IMG/VR virus record: IMGVR_UViG_3300037247_001239
Coordinates: 1 to 64,000 of that record
Length of the DNA: 64,000 nt
Direction: 5' to 3' (one strand)
Source: a virus
Both the position numbers and the translations under genes were made by a program. Below the pieces are notes generated by a model that saw only the letters and a list, made by a program, of their open reading frames with translations, searched no databases and was not told where the DNA came from. Shown piece after piece: positions 28,375 through 37,887 of the stretch (position 1 is its first letter; every line of letters begins with the position of its first letter).

Positions 28375-29096
28375 TATGCAAACCTCCCCAACATGCCGGC
28401 GAAGTCACCGAACTGTTGCTGTTGGCGTAGACCCTGCTGTTGGTTCATCATCTGCCAGAGTGCCGCCCAGCCCAGCCCGGCCTGCGACTGTGCCTGCTGG
28501 GCGCCCAGTTGCAACGGGGCCGCCTGTTGGTAATACTGCTCGGCCAACTGGCCCATCATCGGCTGGATGGCCTGGGCGAAGGCATCGCCACCTGCACCGC
28601 CACCGGCCCACTGTGGCGCCTGGGGCATCTGGGGAGCCGCTGCCGGGCCGCCGAACTGCGGTTGCGTGATCCCCGTGCTGATCTGCGGAGGCGCAGGGGC
28701 GGCCGCTGGAGGCGGCTGGGGTGCTGTGCCACCGCCTCCAGCGCCGGCGTAGCTCGGCAAAGTCCACGCACTTGCCCCGTAAGACCCCAGGGGATCGTAC
28801 CCTGGCATCATGTTGAGCATCTGCTGAAGGTCCATGGCCTGGGGCAGAGGCGGGGGTTGCGGCGCCAGGACGGGGTTCTGCGATGCCCACCGCCCGGCCT
28901 CGGCCGAACTCTGTGCCATCTGGGTCGAAGTGGGGCCAGCGCCGCCCTGCGGGACGGTGCCTTGCGGCACACCGCCAACTATGCCGCCGCCGATTGGCCT
29001 GGGGGCTATGCCCTGGACAGATTGCCAGTATTCCAGATTGCCCCCCCTGGGGGAGCCGCCAAAAGGATTCTGGTTCGATTGAGCGAATTGAGGCAT
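28374..29096 (-). CDS. Gln/Pro-rich putative virion protein
   Basis: SD GGAGGG; shares QISTGIT.P / NIQTSITP motif with the downstream protein. Confidence 0.5.
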   Translation of the reverse strand: MPQFAQSNQNPFGGSPRGGNLEYWQSVQGIAPRPIGGGIVGGVPQGTVPQGGAGPTSTQMAQSSAEAGRWASQNPVLAPQPPPLPQAMDLQQMLNMMPGYDPLGSYGASAWTLPSYAGAGGGGTAPQPPPAAAPAPPQISTGITQPQFGGPAAAPQMPQAPQWAGGGAGGDAFAQAIQPMMGQLAEQYYQQAAPLQLGAQQAQSQAGLGWAALWQMMNQQQGLRQQQQFGDFAGMLGRFA

Positions 29097-29111
29097 GATG
29101 CCCTCCGTGTG

Positions 29112-29669
29112 TTAGCCGACCCCTGCGCCGTAGTTCGTGGTAAAGCCCGGTGCTTGCTGCGGCGGCTGCATCATGGGCTGAAGGGCCTGAAGCATGGCGT
29201 ATAAGTTTGCAGATTTTGCTTCGTTCCCGAGTTGCATCAAATCGCGTGCCGACTGCGCACCGACGCCGGTCTGGTACATGCTGGCCGCGGCCGGAAAATG
29301 TGCTCCCTGGATCTGCGCTGCGGCCGGGGCGTACGCCTGATACATACTCGCCTGAGATTGGGGTACCACCGCCTGGGCCGTTTGCGCGAGATCCCAGGGG
29401 TTCTGTTGGAGCTGGTTCAGAAATCCTAACTGTGCCCCGTACATACTGGCTTCCGCCCCTTGCCGCCCCTGCATACCGGCGGCCTGGACGTACGGCGTCT
29501 GTTGAGCGTACGGCGTCGGCGTCCAAGCGTTGGACTGCATAGCGGCAAGTACTTGCGGCCACTGCTGTCCGCCCTGTATTTGCTGCCGCACTGCTCCCAT
29601 CTGTGCATTGCGTGCCGCCCCACCGCCACCTGGACCAGCGCCACCAATGTTTACATTCGGATCTGCCAT
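29112..29669 (-). CDS. Gln/Ala-rich putative pilot-like protein
   Basis: SD GGAGG; repeated ASMY motifs. Confidence 0.5.
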   Translation of the reverse strand: MADPNVNIGGAGPGGGGAARNAQMGAVRQQIQGGQQWPQVLAAMQSNAWTPTPYAQQTPYVQAAGMQGRQGAEASMYGAQLGFLNQLQQNPWDLAQTAQAVVPQSQASMYQAYAPAAAQIQGAHFPAAASMYQTGVGAQSARDLMQLGNEAKSANLYAMLQALQPMMQPPQQAPGFTTNYGAGVG

Positions 29670-29681
29670 CGTTCGTTCCTC

Positions 29682-31457
29682 CTAATCGTTATCAGGTCCC
29701 ACCCGCTTTATCATCACCATCACGACGCCCGGACTGCGGAAGTCCTCTTCGGCGTGGACGAGTGCGGGGGTGGCGTGTGCGTGTCCGTCGTCCGTTAGCG
29801 AGTGGGTCAGTATCGGCGTGGTGTGCAGATGGGCCGACTCGACCACCGCGTGAGTCAGTATCGGCGTGGTATGGCTGTGCGAGGTCTCCAATATCTCGTG
29901 GATAAACGCTGGCGTGGTGTGGTGATGCAGTTGCACCGAGTGGGAAAGGATCACGCTGGTACTGGTGGCCCCTACATTAAACACGCCTTCACTGTATCCC
30001 GTTGCCGGACTAAAGCCCACTTTGTAGAACCACGTCACCTCTGAGGTGTCACCAGCGCTATCCGTCGCTGGCGAGCCGGCCGGACCACTGACCCCACCGA
30101 TACCGCTGATAAAGTAACCATCGTCCGGGCCGCGGTGAGCGTGATCCAGGTGATCTTCTATAATCACGGCCGAACTACTCACATCGGACGAAGCGTGATC
30201 CGAGATAATCAGGTTCGTGGTCTCAAGGGACACGGAGGTGGAGGCATGGTCCTGCACCGAGAGGTTCGTCTTGGTGGTGGTGACGTGCTCCGCATCGTGA
30301 TCGTTGACCTCAATCCCGGTAGTGTTGACGGTTGTATCCTGGGGGGCGTGGGGCAGCGGGCGGATCGGGTGTCGGCCCAGCAACCCGCCGGGCGTGCCGT
30401 AATCGCCGCCAGCCGCGTAGCCGATCAGGTACCGTCCCGCCCCCTCCGTGCTGGAGGTTATCAGCGACCAGCCTCCGGGGATGCTCCCCACCCCGCCCAG
30501 CCACGGCTTGACCGAGCCGATCTTCTCGTCGTAGACGTTGGCCGTGATGACGACCCTGGAGCCCGCGTTCCAAGTGTAGCCGAAGACGGTATCCTTCTGG
30601 CCGTTGGGGTCGGTGCCCGGCCCGGAGGGCGCCAGCGCAGAGTAGGTTCGCGTGGTATCCACGCTGCCGTTGAGCATCGCGGTGGTGGGATTGAAGGCAA
30701 TCCGTCCCATCACGTTGGTCTGCCCCGTCACCCACGTCCAGCCGGTGGTGATCTTGCCCGCCCCCAGTTTTAGCCCATGGCCAGGCCCGCCCCCCCAGGG
30801 GAGGCCGTGCTGGTCCTGCATAAGCTGAAAGATGTAATCGCCCACCGCCGGCAGGTCCGACTCCTGCATGTAGAAGACTCGGGTGGGGATGTCGGTCAGG
30901 TCCCGGCCCTTGGAGTCTCCGCAAACGGTGCCGTCGGCGTAGTAATGTTCCGGATCCACCCCCGCGGCCAACTCTCCGGCTCGAGTGTCGGTGAAGTTGC
31001 CCACCCCATCGACCCTGACCCATCGCCCAGCCCAGATCGGCCCGTCGAACCGCGAAACTCCTTGTTCGACGTGTAGCGCGTAGCCCTGTTCGCCCATTAG
31101 GTTGCCGGTCCCGTCGTCGGCGTTGGTCACCGACAACACGGCCCGGGTGATCGAGGGGTCGGCCATCGGCAACGTCGGACGCAGCGCACTGCTGCCGGTG
31201 TGGGGCGAATAGCCCCGCGACTCTCGGGGCAGCCCGCCGATCAGCCGCAGGCTACCCCGGTGGGTCATAAAGGCATTGGGCTGCGCGAGGGCCTGGGCCG
31301 CATTGGCCCCCGCCAGGTTTCCGCCGGTGGGGGTACTGGGAACCCAGGAATGCTCCCGATCGCCGGTCGGCACATCGGAGGCGCGGAAATCGGGCTGCCC
31401 CTGCTGCTGTTGCAGGGCTGCGAGAAATCGGCTGTATCCACCCTCTAGGAGACTCAT
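29682..31457 (-). CDS. Tail fibre-like protein with His-rich repeats
   Basis: Collar-like IGSVKPWLG....IPGGWSL.....GRYLIG and C-terminal HxH repeats. Confidence 0.7.
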   Translation of the reverse strand: MSLLEGGYSRFLAALQQQQGQPDFRASDVPTGDREHSWVPSTPTGGNLAGANAAQALAQPNAFMTHRGSLRLIGGLPRESRGYSPHTGSSALRPTLPMADPSITRAVLSVTNADDGTGNLMGEQGYALHVEQGVSRFDGPIWAGRWVRVDGVGNFTDTRAGELAAGVDPEHYYADGTVCGDSKGRDLTDIPTRVFYMQESDLPAVGDYIFQLMQDQHGLPWGGGPGHGLKLGAGKITTGWTWVTGQTNVMGRIAFNPTTAMLNGSVDTTRTYSALAPSGPGTDPNGQKDTVFGYTWNAGSRVVITANVYDEKIGSVKPWLGGVGSIPGGWSLITSSTEGAGRYLIGYAAGGDYGTPGGLLGRHPIRPLPHAPQDTTVNTTGIEVNDHDAEHVTTTKTNLSVQDHASTSVSLETTNLIISDHASSDVSSSAVIIEDHLDHAHRGPDDGYFISGIGGVSGPAGSPATDSAGDTSEVTWFYKVGFSPATGYSEGVFNVGATSTSVILSHSVQLHHHTTPAFIHEILETSHSHTTPILTHAVVESAHLHTTPILTHSLTDDGHAHATPALVHAEEDFRSPGVVMVMIKRVGPDND

Positions 31458-33538
31458 TAACGCTCTACTCCGTCAATACGCAGTTCGTAAAACTCCGCCC
31501 GCTGTTCGCCCGAAACGCCCTTTAGTTCGACCTCGATACTGCGTTGCGCTGGCCCACTAGGATCGAACCCGTCGTCAAACCGGGTTTGCAACACACCCTC
31601 GTCGCGTTCTAAATTAAACTGCATGTTCCCCGAGCCGGCCTTCACCTCCATCCCCACGTTGTCGCTGTAGGCTATGTGGGCCGTCTCCACCACGGTGCTG
31701 TGGTTGAAATACTTCCGCACGTTCACCTTGCCGGTTCTGGACAGCGGCTTGAACCGCAGCAGTATCCGGCGAGTCTGCTGCACTTCTTCCTCTGGCAGGC
31801 TGAACGCGCCCCACTTGGCCTCGTATTGAATGCCGCCAATCTGGAACCTGTTGCCCACCGCCGGCGTGGTGCCGAACGCATTCTGCACCGTGATGGTGGT
31901 GCTGGTGGCGTTGATCGAGGCAATTCGCCGAGCCTGGTAGTCGCCATCGGCGTCCAGCACGTACAGTGGCGCCCCCACGCTTTGCGGCGAGGCGTGCCAT
32001 TTGCTGAAATCCAGGTCGGCCGCACTGGCGGTGATGGTAGTGGTGTCCGCGGCCGTCACCGTGCCCCGTGTGGTCTGCGAGACGGACAACAGCGTCTTGT
32101 CGTGCGCCCCCAGTCCCGGCGACGGCCCGTCCAGCACGCCTTCGGAGATCACGGCCACCGAGTTCTCCATTGCCACCAACGCCCGGTCTTGCCCGTCGAT
32201 CGGCACCAGGGCCGACGCGCCCAGCTTGTAGGGATACCGCTCGTGGTGCCACTGGCCGAGCTGGTAGTCGAACGCAAACACGTCCTGGGGCCACCAGTCC
32301 TCGTCCACCGCTACGATGCAGCGGATGGTGTGCTCCTCCGGTGAGTGTTCCAGGTGGAACCACCGTGATGCCGACCAGTTGACCCGTTCCCGCCACCAGT
32401 CCTCGATCGCCGAGGAGACCGACACGGGCTCGCTGCCGTCAAACAGGTAGCAGCCCTGTTGGTCCAGGATGAACGCCGCCCCCTGCACCTTGGCAAAGCA
32501 CCGCTGATTCAAACACCCCCGCTTGGCCGCCAGCATGGCGATCGCGTCCCGCCGTGGGTCGCCAGCGGTGGATACCTGATAGATGTGCCGCTGCTTCAGC
32601 AGGAACAGATAGGGGCCCAGCGCCAATTCGCCGGTCAATCGGTCGCCGTCCTCTTGCAATGTCAGTGCGTTGGTCGTAGGGCAACTCTCCGGCTCATCGG
32701 CCTCGGAGAACTGCACAGTGTTCTGTTTGGCCGCGCTGGTGCTGATCGAATACCAGTTGCCCACGCTACCGAACCCGACCGCGGGCTTGGCGGTCAGGGT
32801 CAGCGACGTGTTGCTGTCAACCGAGCTGATCTTGGTGCCCTTCAGCCCGGAGGCGAACAACGTCCGTCCGACCATCTGCTGGGTCAGCCGGGCCCCGGTG
32901 ATCCTGACGTAGGTGGTGGTGGTCGAAGCGGTGCAGTCGCCTACATCGTAGTCCACCGGTACGCCCCACCAGGAGCGGTTCTGGTAGCTCTCCACCACGC
33001 TGGCCCAGTCGGGCGGCTGGGTGAACCGCATGGCATTGGGCCAACCCTCGGGGGTCAGGTAGCGGATGGCCTGCTGGTTTACGAGCGTGCCGTCCGTGCG
33101 AACGCTGGTAGCAACGGCACCCGCATCGGCCACGTCCCGGTAGTAGGTGATGAATTGGCCTCGGGTATTGCGCCATACCTCTGTTTTTGTAGCCCTCCCG
33201 CCCGGCTGGGGCACGTTGGTGTAGCGAAAGCCCGTCGTCTTGGTCCCGGTGGTGAGAGTCAGGCTGGTCAAGGCCGAGAAGTTGCCCGGAATCCCGGCAT
33301 CGTCCACGTAGCGGCAGTAGACTTTGTAGGCCCCCCAGATCGTACCAGCGGTAGTGAGGGCGGCCACGGTGCAGACGGTCGACGGCGAGGTCACGCCGGC
33401 ATCTTCGGCCAGGGCAGTCTGGCCGTCCCATCGCTGGGGCTTGTCCAGACCGTTGGCGAGGTATGCCGCCCCGTCAGAAGCCACCGCCATCGAAACGGCG
33501 TGCAGCCGGCTCATTCCTGTCTTGATTGTTGCCACCAC
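31457..33538 (-). CDS. Tail nozzle/stabilisation-like protein (beta-propeller)
   Basis: 693 aa, Thr/beta-rich; VQFSEADEPES, GCLNQRC, VFAFDYQLGQW resemble P22 gp10/T7 gp12-like proteins. Confidence 0.65.
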   Translation of the reverse strand: MVATIKTGMSRLHAVSMAVASDGAAYLANGLDKPQRWDGQTALAEDAGVTSPSTVCTVAALTTAGTIWGAYKVYCRYVDDAGIPGNFSALTSLTLTTGTKTTGFRYTNVPQPGGRATKTEVWRNTRGQFITYYRDVADAGAVATSVRTDGTLVNQQAIRYLTPEGWPNAMRFTQPPDWASVVESYQNRSWWGVPVDYDVGDCTASTTTTYVRITGARLTQQMVGRTLFASGLKGTKISSVDSNTSLTLTAKPAVGFGSVGNWYSISTSAAKQNTVQFSEADEPESCPTTNALTLQEDGDRLTGELALGPYLFLLKQRHIYQVSTAGDPRRDAIAMLAAKRGCLNQRCFAKVQGAAFILDQQGCYLFDGSEPVSVSSAIEDWWRERVNWSASRWFHLEHSPEEHTIRCIVAVDEDWWPQDVFAFDYQLGQWHHERYPYKLGASALVPIDGQDRALVAMENSVAVISEGVLDGPSPGLGAHDKTLLSVSQTTRGTVTAADTTTITASAADLDFSKWHASPQSVGAPLYVLDADGDYQARRIASINATSTTITVQNAFGTTPAVGNRFQIGGIQYEAKWGAFSLPEEEVQQTRRILLRFKPLSRTGKVNVRKYFNHSTVVETAHIAYSDNVGMEVKAGSGNMQFNLERDEGVLQTRFDDGFDPSGPAQRSIEVELKGVSGEQRAEFYELRIDGVER

Positions 33539-33544
33539 GGTCCC

Positions 33545-34012
33545 CTACGAGGGATTCTGCCGAGCTACTAACTCCCCTGATATCGTTTGCGCTATCACAT
33601 GCCGGGCGTCTGGCCTGGGAAAGTAGTGCATCGCCACGATTCGCCCGTCGCCGTTCGCACTGGGCGAATAGCTGGCAGGCGTGGCGTAGAAATGCGTGAT
33701 CCCGTAGGCCGTTACGCCCCCTAGTTTCCAGGCGAACACTCCGACGTGATCGCCGGGGACGGTTGGCGTGTAGCTGGTGCTGGCACTCACCCAACTGTGG
33801 ATGGTGCCCGAAATGGCGGCGTTGGAGGTGTTCAGTATTCGCGTCACACCGGTGGGGGTGTAACGCCAGAGACTTACCTTGCACTGGCCTTCACTCAGTG
33901 CAGGGGCGGCGTAGCCGTAGAGCGTCGGGGCGACGGCCAACGGCGGCGCATACTCGAACTTGACCGTCATGGCGGTGCTGGTAACGTATTCGCCTTGATG
34001 TTGAGTGCTCAT
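33545..34012 (-). CDS. Putative tail protein
   Basis: Beta-rich ORF in the tail region. Confidence 0.5.
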   Translation of the reverse strand: MSTQHQGEYVTSTAMTVKFEYAPPLAVAPTLYGYAAPALSEGQCKVSLWRYTPTGVTRILNTSNAAISGTIHSWVSASTSYTPTVPGDHVGVFAWKLGGVTAYGITHFYATPASYSPSANGDGRIVAMHYFPRPDARHVIAQTISGELVARQNPS

Positions 34013-34026
34013 TCTTGTCGCTCAAC

Positions 34027-35031
34027 TCAACTTATCTTTGTCGCAGTAATCGGTCGTCGGACCGCGGCCGGCATTATGCCGCTTTTCATTGCGGCGAGTA
34101 GGCCGGCCGCTTCGAGATAGTTCTCCACCACGATAACTTCCGGCGGTATTACATCGTGGCAGTACGTCGCATTTTCGCGTACGGCGATCACCGGGATACC
34201 GGCCTGAAGGCACGCACGGTGGGGCCTGCCAATGCAACCGAACGGAGACACCAAACATGCTACTTCCGCCACGGAGAACCCGGAATGCGGATCGAGTCGG
34301 GGCGCACGATGGAGTCCCTTTAGTACGCAGTACAGATAGCACGTCGATACGCATTCAGCGCCCATCCGCGGGTCGACTACTTTGTCCCAAACAGGTAGTC
34401 GCTGATCGTCAACCGGAGCATGTGCCACGGGTTTGTCGAGCGCCTCGGAAATCAACCGCGAGCAAATCGCTTCGACGCCGCCCCAGGGATTCAGCCCACC
34501 GCTCCGAAGGTAATGCTGCTCAACACTCCGCTCCACGTCGATTGGCGTCGCAATGGCCAGGGCGTCGAATCGTCGGGATTTGACCTGCGCCACGAGTGCC
34601 TCCCATCCGTGAACTTCCCCGCTGGCCACCGTCCCCAGGCGAGCAATCATTTTCAGTGGGGTCTCCAATTCCACGATTTCGGCATCAAGGCCCAAGGTTG
34701 TCCGGGCCGCCGACACTGCATTGACCGTCTCCGGCTTGACCGGAGCATTCACTGCCACCAAAACCCGGTTTGCCGACACCGGCCGCAGGCGGAGTTGTCC
34801 TTCGAGAAAACGATCCAAGGTCGACCCCTCGACATACCAGGAGTTCTCCGGCATCTCGTTGATGTCCGAGGCGTTGACGACGTTCGGGTGCAGAATCAAC
34901 AGGTCGCAGACGGAAGCCAGGAGCCTCGCAACGGGGGTTGCGTCGCCAGCATGTCCGCCGATCTCCGCGCCGATGCCGGTGGGGACGATCAGGACCACAT
35001 TGAACTCAGAGCCTGTCGATGAATAGCTCAT
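34027..35031 (-). CDS. DUF3326 family protein
   Basis: LIVPTGIGAEIGGHAGDATPVARLLASVCD.LI.HPNVVNA..I.E......YVEGS.LDRF; NPWGGVEA; AHAP; ENYLEAAG. Confidence 0.85.
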   Translation of the reverse strand: MSYSSTGSEFNVVLIVPTGIGAEIGGHAGDATPVARLLASVCDLLILHPNVVNASDINEMPENSWYVEGSTLDRFLEGQLRLRPVSANRVLVAVNAPVKPETVNAVSAARTTLGLDAEIVELETPLKMIARLGTVASGEVHGWEALVAQVKSRRFDALAIATPIDVERSVEQHYLRSGGLNPWGGVEAICSRLISEALDKPVAHAPVDDQRLPVWDKVVDPRMGAECVSTCYLYCVLKGLHRAPRLDPHSGFSVAEVACLVSPFGCIGRPHRACLQAGIPVIAVRENATYCHDVIPPEVIVVENYLEAAGLLAAMKSGIMPAAVRRPITATKIS

Positions 35032-35371
35032 TCACTACATCCCCTCGGAACCACTGGGTGGTAAGTTCCCTGACGACAACCGGATCAAATGGTTTACAGG
35101 AAAACACGTTGACGCGAACCGCTCGCTGGAGGTCGAGCGCATGGATGGTGATGTTGCTTGTGCGAATGAACTGGACAGCGGTCGTGCCCTTGATGTGCGG
35201 TTCAGTTTCTCGCCACCAGGGCAGTGTCCAGTAATCATCCCACCATCGCAACGGCCCTCGGACCATCTCGATGCGTCGGCACAATTCTTTGCAGTACCGC
35301 CGGATACTCCGTCGCGTAAACGTGGAGGCTTCACAGTTGTGCAGATCAAGTATCAGTTCCTTCCCATACAC
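35006..35371 (-). CDS. speD: S-adenosylmethionine decarboxylase proenzyme, phage type
   Basis: GKELILDL..C, QFIRTSNITIH (pyruvoyl-forming Ser region), NVFSCKPFD. Confidence 0.8.
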   Translation of the reverse strand: MYGKELILDLHNCEASTFTRRSIRRYCKELCRRIEMVRGPLRWWDDYWTLPWWRETEPHIKGTTAVQFIRTSNITIHALDLQRAVRVNVFSCKPFDPVVVRELTTQWFRGDVVNELFIDRL

Positions 35372-35568
35372 TTCGCACCCAGGGTAAACCTTTCCGTAGT
35401 TTGTGGTTCACACGCAATCGGTGGCCCGTGACCGTCAATCGGTGGCCCGTGATCGTACCCCGCAAGCTCAAAGCCGCGGACTGCATTCCATAAGCACCGC
35501 AGTCCAACGCGAACCCCTTGATAGCGATAGCGAAACCTACCGCAACCAACAAATATCGGACCTGGCAT
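35353..35568 (-). CDS. Hypothetical protein with HGPPI repeat
   Basis: SD AAGGAG; 16-nt direct repeat at 35416-35452. Confidence 0.45.
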   Translation of the reverse strand: MPGPIFVGCGRFRYRYQGVRVGLRCLWNAVRGFELAGYDHGPPIDGHGPPIACEPQTTERFTLGAKCMGRN

Positions 35569-35578
35569 AGCTTTCTCC

Positions 35579-35959
35579 TTAACTACGTTCGGTAATTCTG
35601 GGCCTCCCCTTCGGGACCCGCAACAACTTATTTCTACCCAGGGTGTCATGCAGCAATCGGCATAACTCCGTGAGTATGGGTTCTTTCTCTTCCTCAGTTT
35701 TGCTGCCAAACACTTCTCTTGCCAGCATGGGAGCCGCTTCGAAGATGCCATGCAATAATTCGTGCAGGATGGTTTCCAGGATGTCATCGCTGCCGCGCTT
35801 GCGTACCTGCTTCCCAACTAAAATCCGAATCGCGCGTGGGCAATAGACGATCTGCCCCTGTGCGCACTCGGCAACATCGCGGTCAACCTCCTGATCAAGC
35901 GCCACGTACTCCACCGGGTATTCTATTCCCGCAATGTTCAGCTTGTCTGGCCATCCCAT
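35579..35959 (-). CDS. HExxH metallopeptidase-like phage protein
   Basis: ETILHELLHGIF. Confidence 0.65.
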   Translation of the reverse strand: MGWPDKLNIAGIEYPVEYVALDQEVDRDVAECAQGQIVYCPRAIRILVGKQVRKRGSDDILETILHELLHGIFEAAPMLAREVFGSKTEEEKEPILTELCRLLHDTLGRNKLLRVPKGRPRITERS

Positions 35960-35960
35960 T

Positions 35961-36134
35961 TCACGCCTCGAACTTCACCGGTCTGATCCCCGCCCGAACT
36001 TCGAGCACCCCGGGCGTACGGCAGCGCAGGTTTTTCATCACCCGCGCATCGCCCGGCTTGCCGACCAACGGGCCCCGGTTGCTGACCAAGCCCGTGAAGT
36101 CGCGGATCGCAATCGTGTTGCGGGGACGTTCCAT
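35961..36134 (-). CDS. Small protein resembling the N-terminus of a tail nozzle protein
   Basis: IRDFTGLVSN......GDA..MKNL....PGVLEVRAG..PV.F; TAATG coupling. Confidence 0.5.
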   Translation of the reverse strand: MERPRNTIAIRDFTGLVSNRGPLVGKPGDARVMKNLRCRTPGVLEVRAGIRPVKFEA

Positions 36135-36403
36135 TAGGAAGCCATGTGGCTCTTTGCTTGCAGGCTTGTGATAACCGCTGCGACTCTTGACTTCAGCCAC
36201 GTCGTCGTGGCGGTAGTGCTGGTTGCCGTTACCACGGCGCAGGTCGGCATACTCGTCTTGGCGGTGTTCAACACCACTGCCGCCGAGGCAGAGAAACTGG
36301 TCTTCAGCGTGTTGGCGTCAATCGCCGTGGCCACGGCCGCCCCTGTACCATGCGCCGCGCAGGCGTAGCTCAGGGCCCGTTTTACTTGGTCACTTAGTGC
36401 CAT
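36134..36403 (-). CDS. Putative virion protein
   Basis: SD AAGGAG; Ala/Thr-rich. Confidence 0.55.
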   Translation of the reverse strand: MALSDQVKRALSYACAAHGTGAAVATAIDANTLKTSFSASAAVVLNTAKTSMPTCAVVTATSTTATTTWLKSRVAAVITSLQAKSHMAS

Positions 36404-36414
36404 CGAATTCTCCT

Positions 36415-37569
36415 TTAGGTTAAGTCCGTCCCAATCGGTGCGGTGAGCCGGCGTCTTATCCGCCGGCCCCCGCCCATTACTTGCGGCTGGCGGGTTCGCT
36501 GGTCGTTCTGTCTGCCTCGCCGCAGCTCCTCCTCGTAGAGCGCCACGTACTCGACCTTGTTCTTGAGGTTCCGCTGCACGGCCAGCCGCTTGCGAATACA
36601 GGCCAGCATCGCGTTGGCCAGCGAGAGGTTGATGTCCACCGGGTCGGTAACAACGTACTTCACGTTGTTGCGAGCGGTGGTGGTGCCGTCCAAGGTCAGC
36701 GCGGTGGCGCTGGTGTAGGTGGCAATGATCCGCTCATCGCTGTAAGGGTAGAGCCCGTCCAGGCCGGTGGGGGTGTTGGTCCCGTCCGTGCCGATCCGCA
36801 ACACCGAGCCGGCCATCTTGCTGTCGAACGTGGTACTGCTGCCGGTCACCACCCCGGCGGCCGTGACACTGATCGTGCCCACGGTCTCGGCGACGTCGTG
36901 GCCCGTGTACCTCAACTGCCGGCCCCGCCGCTGGTAGATGTAGTCCACCGTCTTGGCCGCGTCGGCGGCCGGGTGGAGGTAGAGCCCGTAGCTGCCGTGC
37001 AGATCCTCCACCTCCCGCACACAGAACGCCCGCATGGCACCGGCCGTGCTGCGGTAGCGGTCCAGGGCCATCATCTCATCGTAGCTGACCTCCTCGACTC
37101 CCCACCACTCTGACTCCGGCTGGGGCTGTATCATGTTCAGGAAGTCGTGCTCCAACGTGTAACAGGTGGGGTATACCTGGTAGGACGTGCCCGAGGCCAC
37201 CGCTTGGCCGGGGTTCATCGTGCTGTCCAGCACCAGGCTGGTGTTGTTGGTCCGCGTCTGGACCCGGTGGGTCGCATCGCCGATCCTCACGGTGGCGTCG
37301 GCCGCCCAACTCGGCCAAGAGCCAGTGGCCAGGGTCAGGACCCGGCTGGTGTTGTTGTAGCCTACCGTCCCGGTGGAATAGGTGGCCTTCAACTGCACCC
37401 GCCCGTGCCGGTGCAGCCAGCTCCAACCGAACGCCTCGCCCAGTTCGCGGTACGCCTCGTGGATCACACGGCGCACGTCCCGCATGGCGCTAATCACATT
37501 GGCGCCGCCCAGGAAATCCTGCGCAGAGGCCACGCAATCGTAGTATGTGAACAGTTGAGGTTGACTCAC
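36415..37569 (-). CDS. Head-tail adaptor/tail tubular-A-like protein with beta insertions
   Basis: IHEAYREL...W.WL, YTLEHDF, LYLHPAAD...DY.Y.R; helical C-terminus; position after the portal. Confidence 0.6.
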   Translation of the reverse strand: MSQPQLFTYYDCVASAQDFLGGANVISAMRDVRRVIHEAYRELGEAFGWSWLHRHGRVQLKATYSTGTVGYNNTSRVLTLATGSWPSWAADATVRIGDATHRVQTRTNNTSLVLDSTMNPGQAVASGTSYQVYPTCYTLEHDFLNMIQPQPESEWWGVEEVSYDEMMALDRYRSTAGAMRAFCVREVEDLHGSYGLYLHPAADAAKTVDYIYQRRGRQLRYTGHDVAETVGTISVTAAGVVTGSSTTFDSKMAGSVLRIGTDGTNTPTGLDGLYPYSDERIIATYTSATALTLDGTTTARNNVKYVVTDPVDINLSLANAMLACIRKRLAVQRNLKNKVEYVALYEEELRRGRQNDQRTRQPQVMGGGRRIRRRLTAPIGTDLT

Positions 37570-37874
37570 GCCTTGTGCCCCTGGAAGTCAAGGTTCAGCA
37601 CGGCATCGGTACTGGCCTCACGGATCACCCGGATGTCCGCCACTGGACCCGCCGGGTACTCCACGTCGCCCGACGACATAAGGTTTCCCGTATTAGCCAT
37701 AGGAGAGGTGTTGTGCCGGTAGCGAATGCCGGCCCCCGTGGGCTGCATCCGCACCGTGACCGCCTCGGCCGGGACGGTGACCAAGTCACTCAAGAGCCGG
37801 GCCGTGCTGGTGACCGCCATCTGCTGGTACAGCAGATGCTGGTACGAACTGCCAATCGCAAATTGATATCCCAC
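37566..37874 (-). CDS. Putative virion protein
   Basis: Beta-rich ORF, coupled. Confidence 0.5.
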   Translation of the reverse strand: MGYQFAIGSSYQHLLYQQMAVTSTARLLSDLVTVPAEAVTVRMQPTGAGIRYRHNTSPMANTGNLMSSGDVEYPAGPVADIRVIREASTDAVLNLDFQGHKA

Positions 37875-37887
37875 TGTGGTTTCCCTT

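Noticed and set aside
35416-35452. 16-nt direct repeat AATCGGTGGCCCGTGA as a regulatory or att site
   Set aside because: The 21-nt period is in frame within a small ORF (HGPPI twice); simplest as a coding micro-duplication
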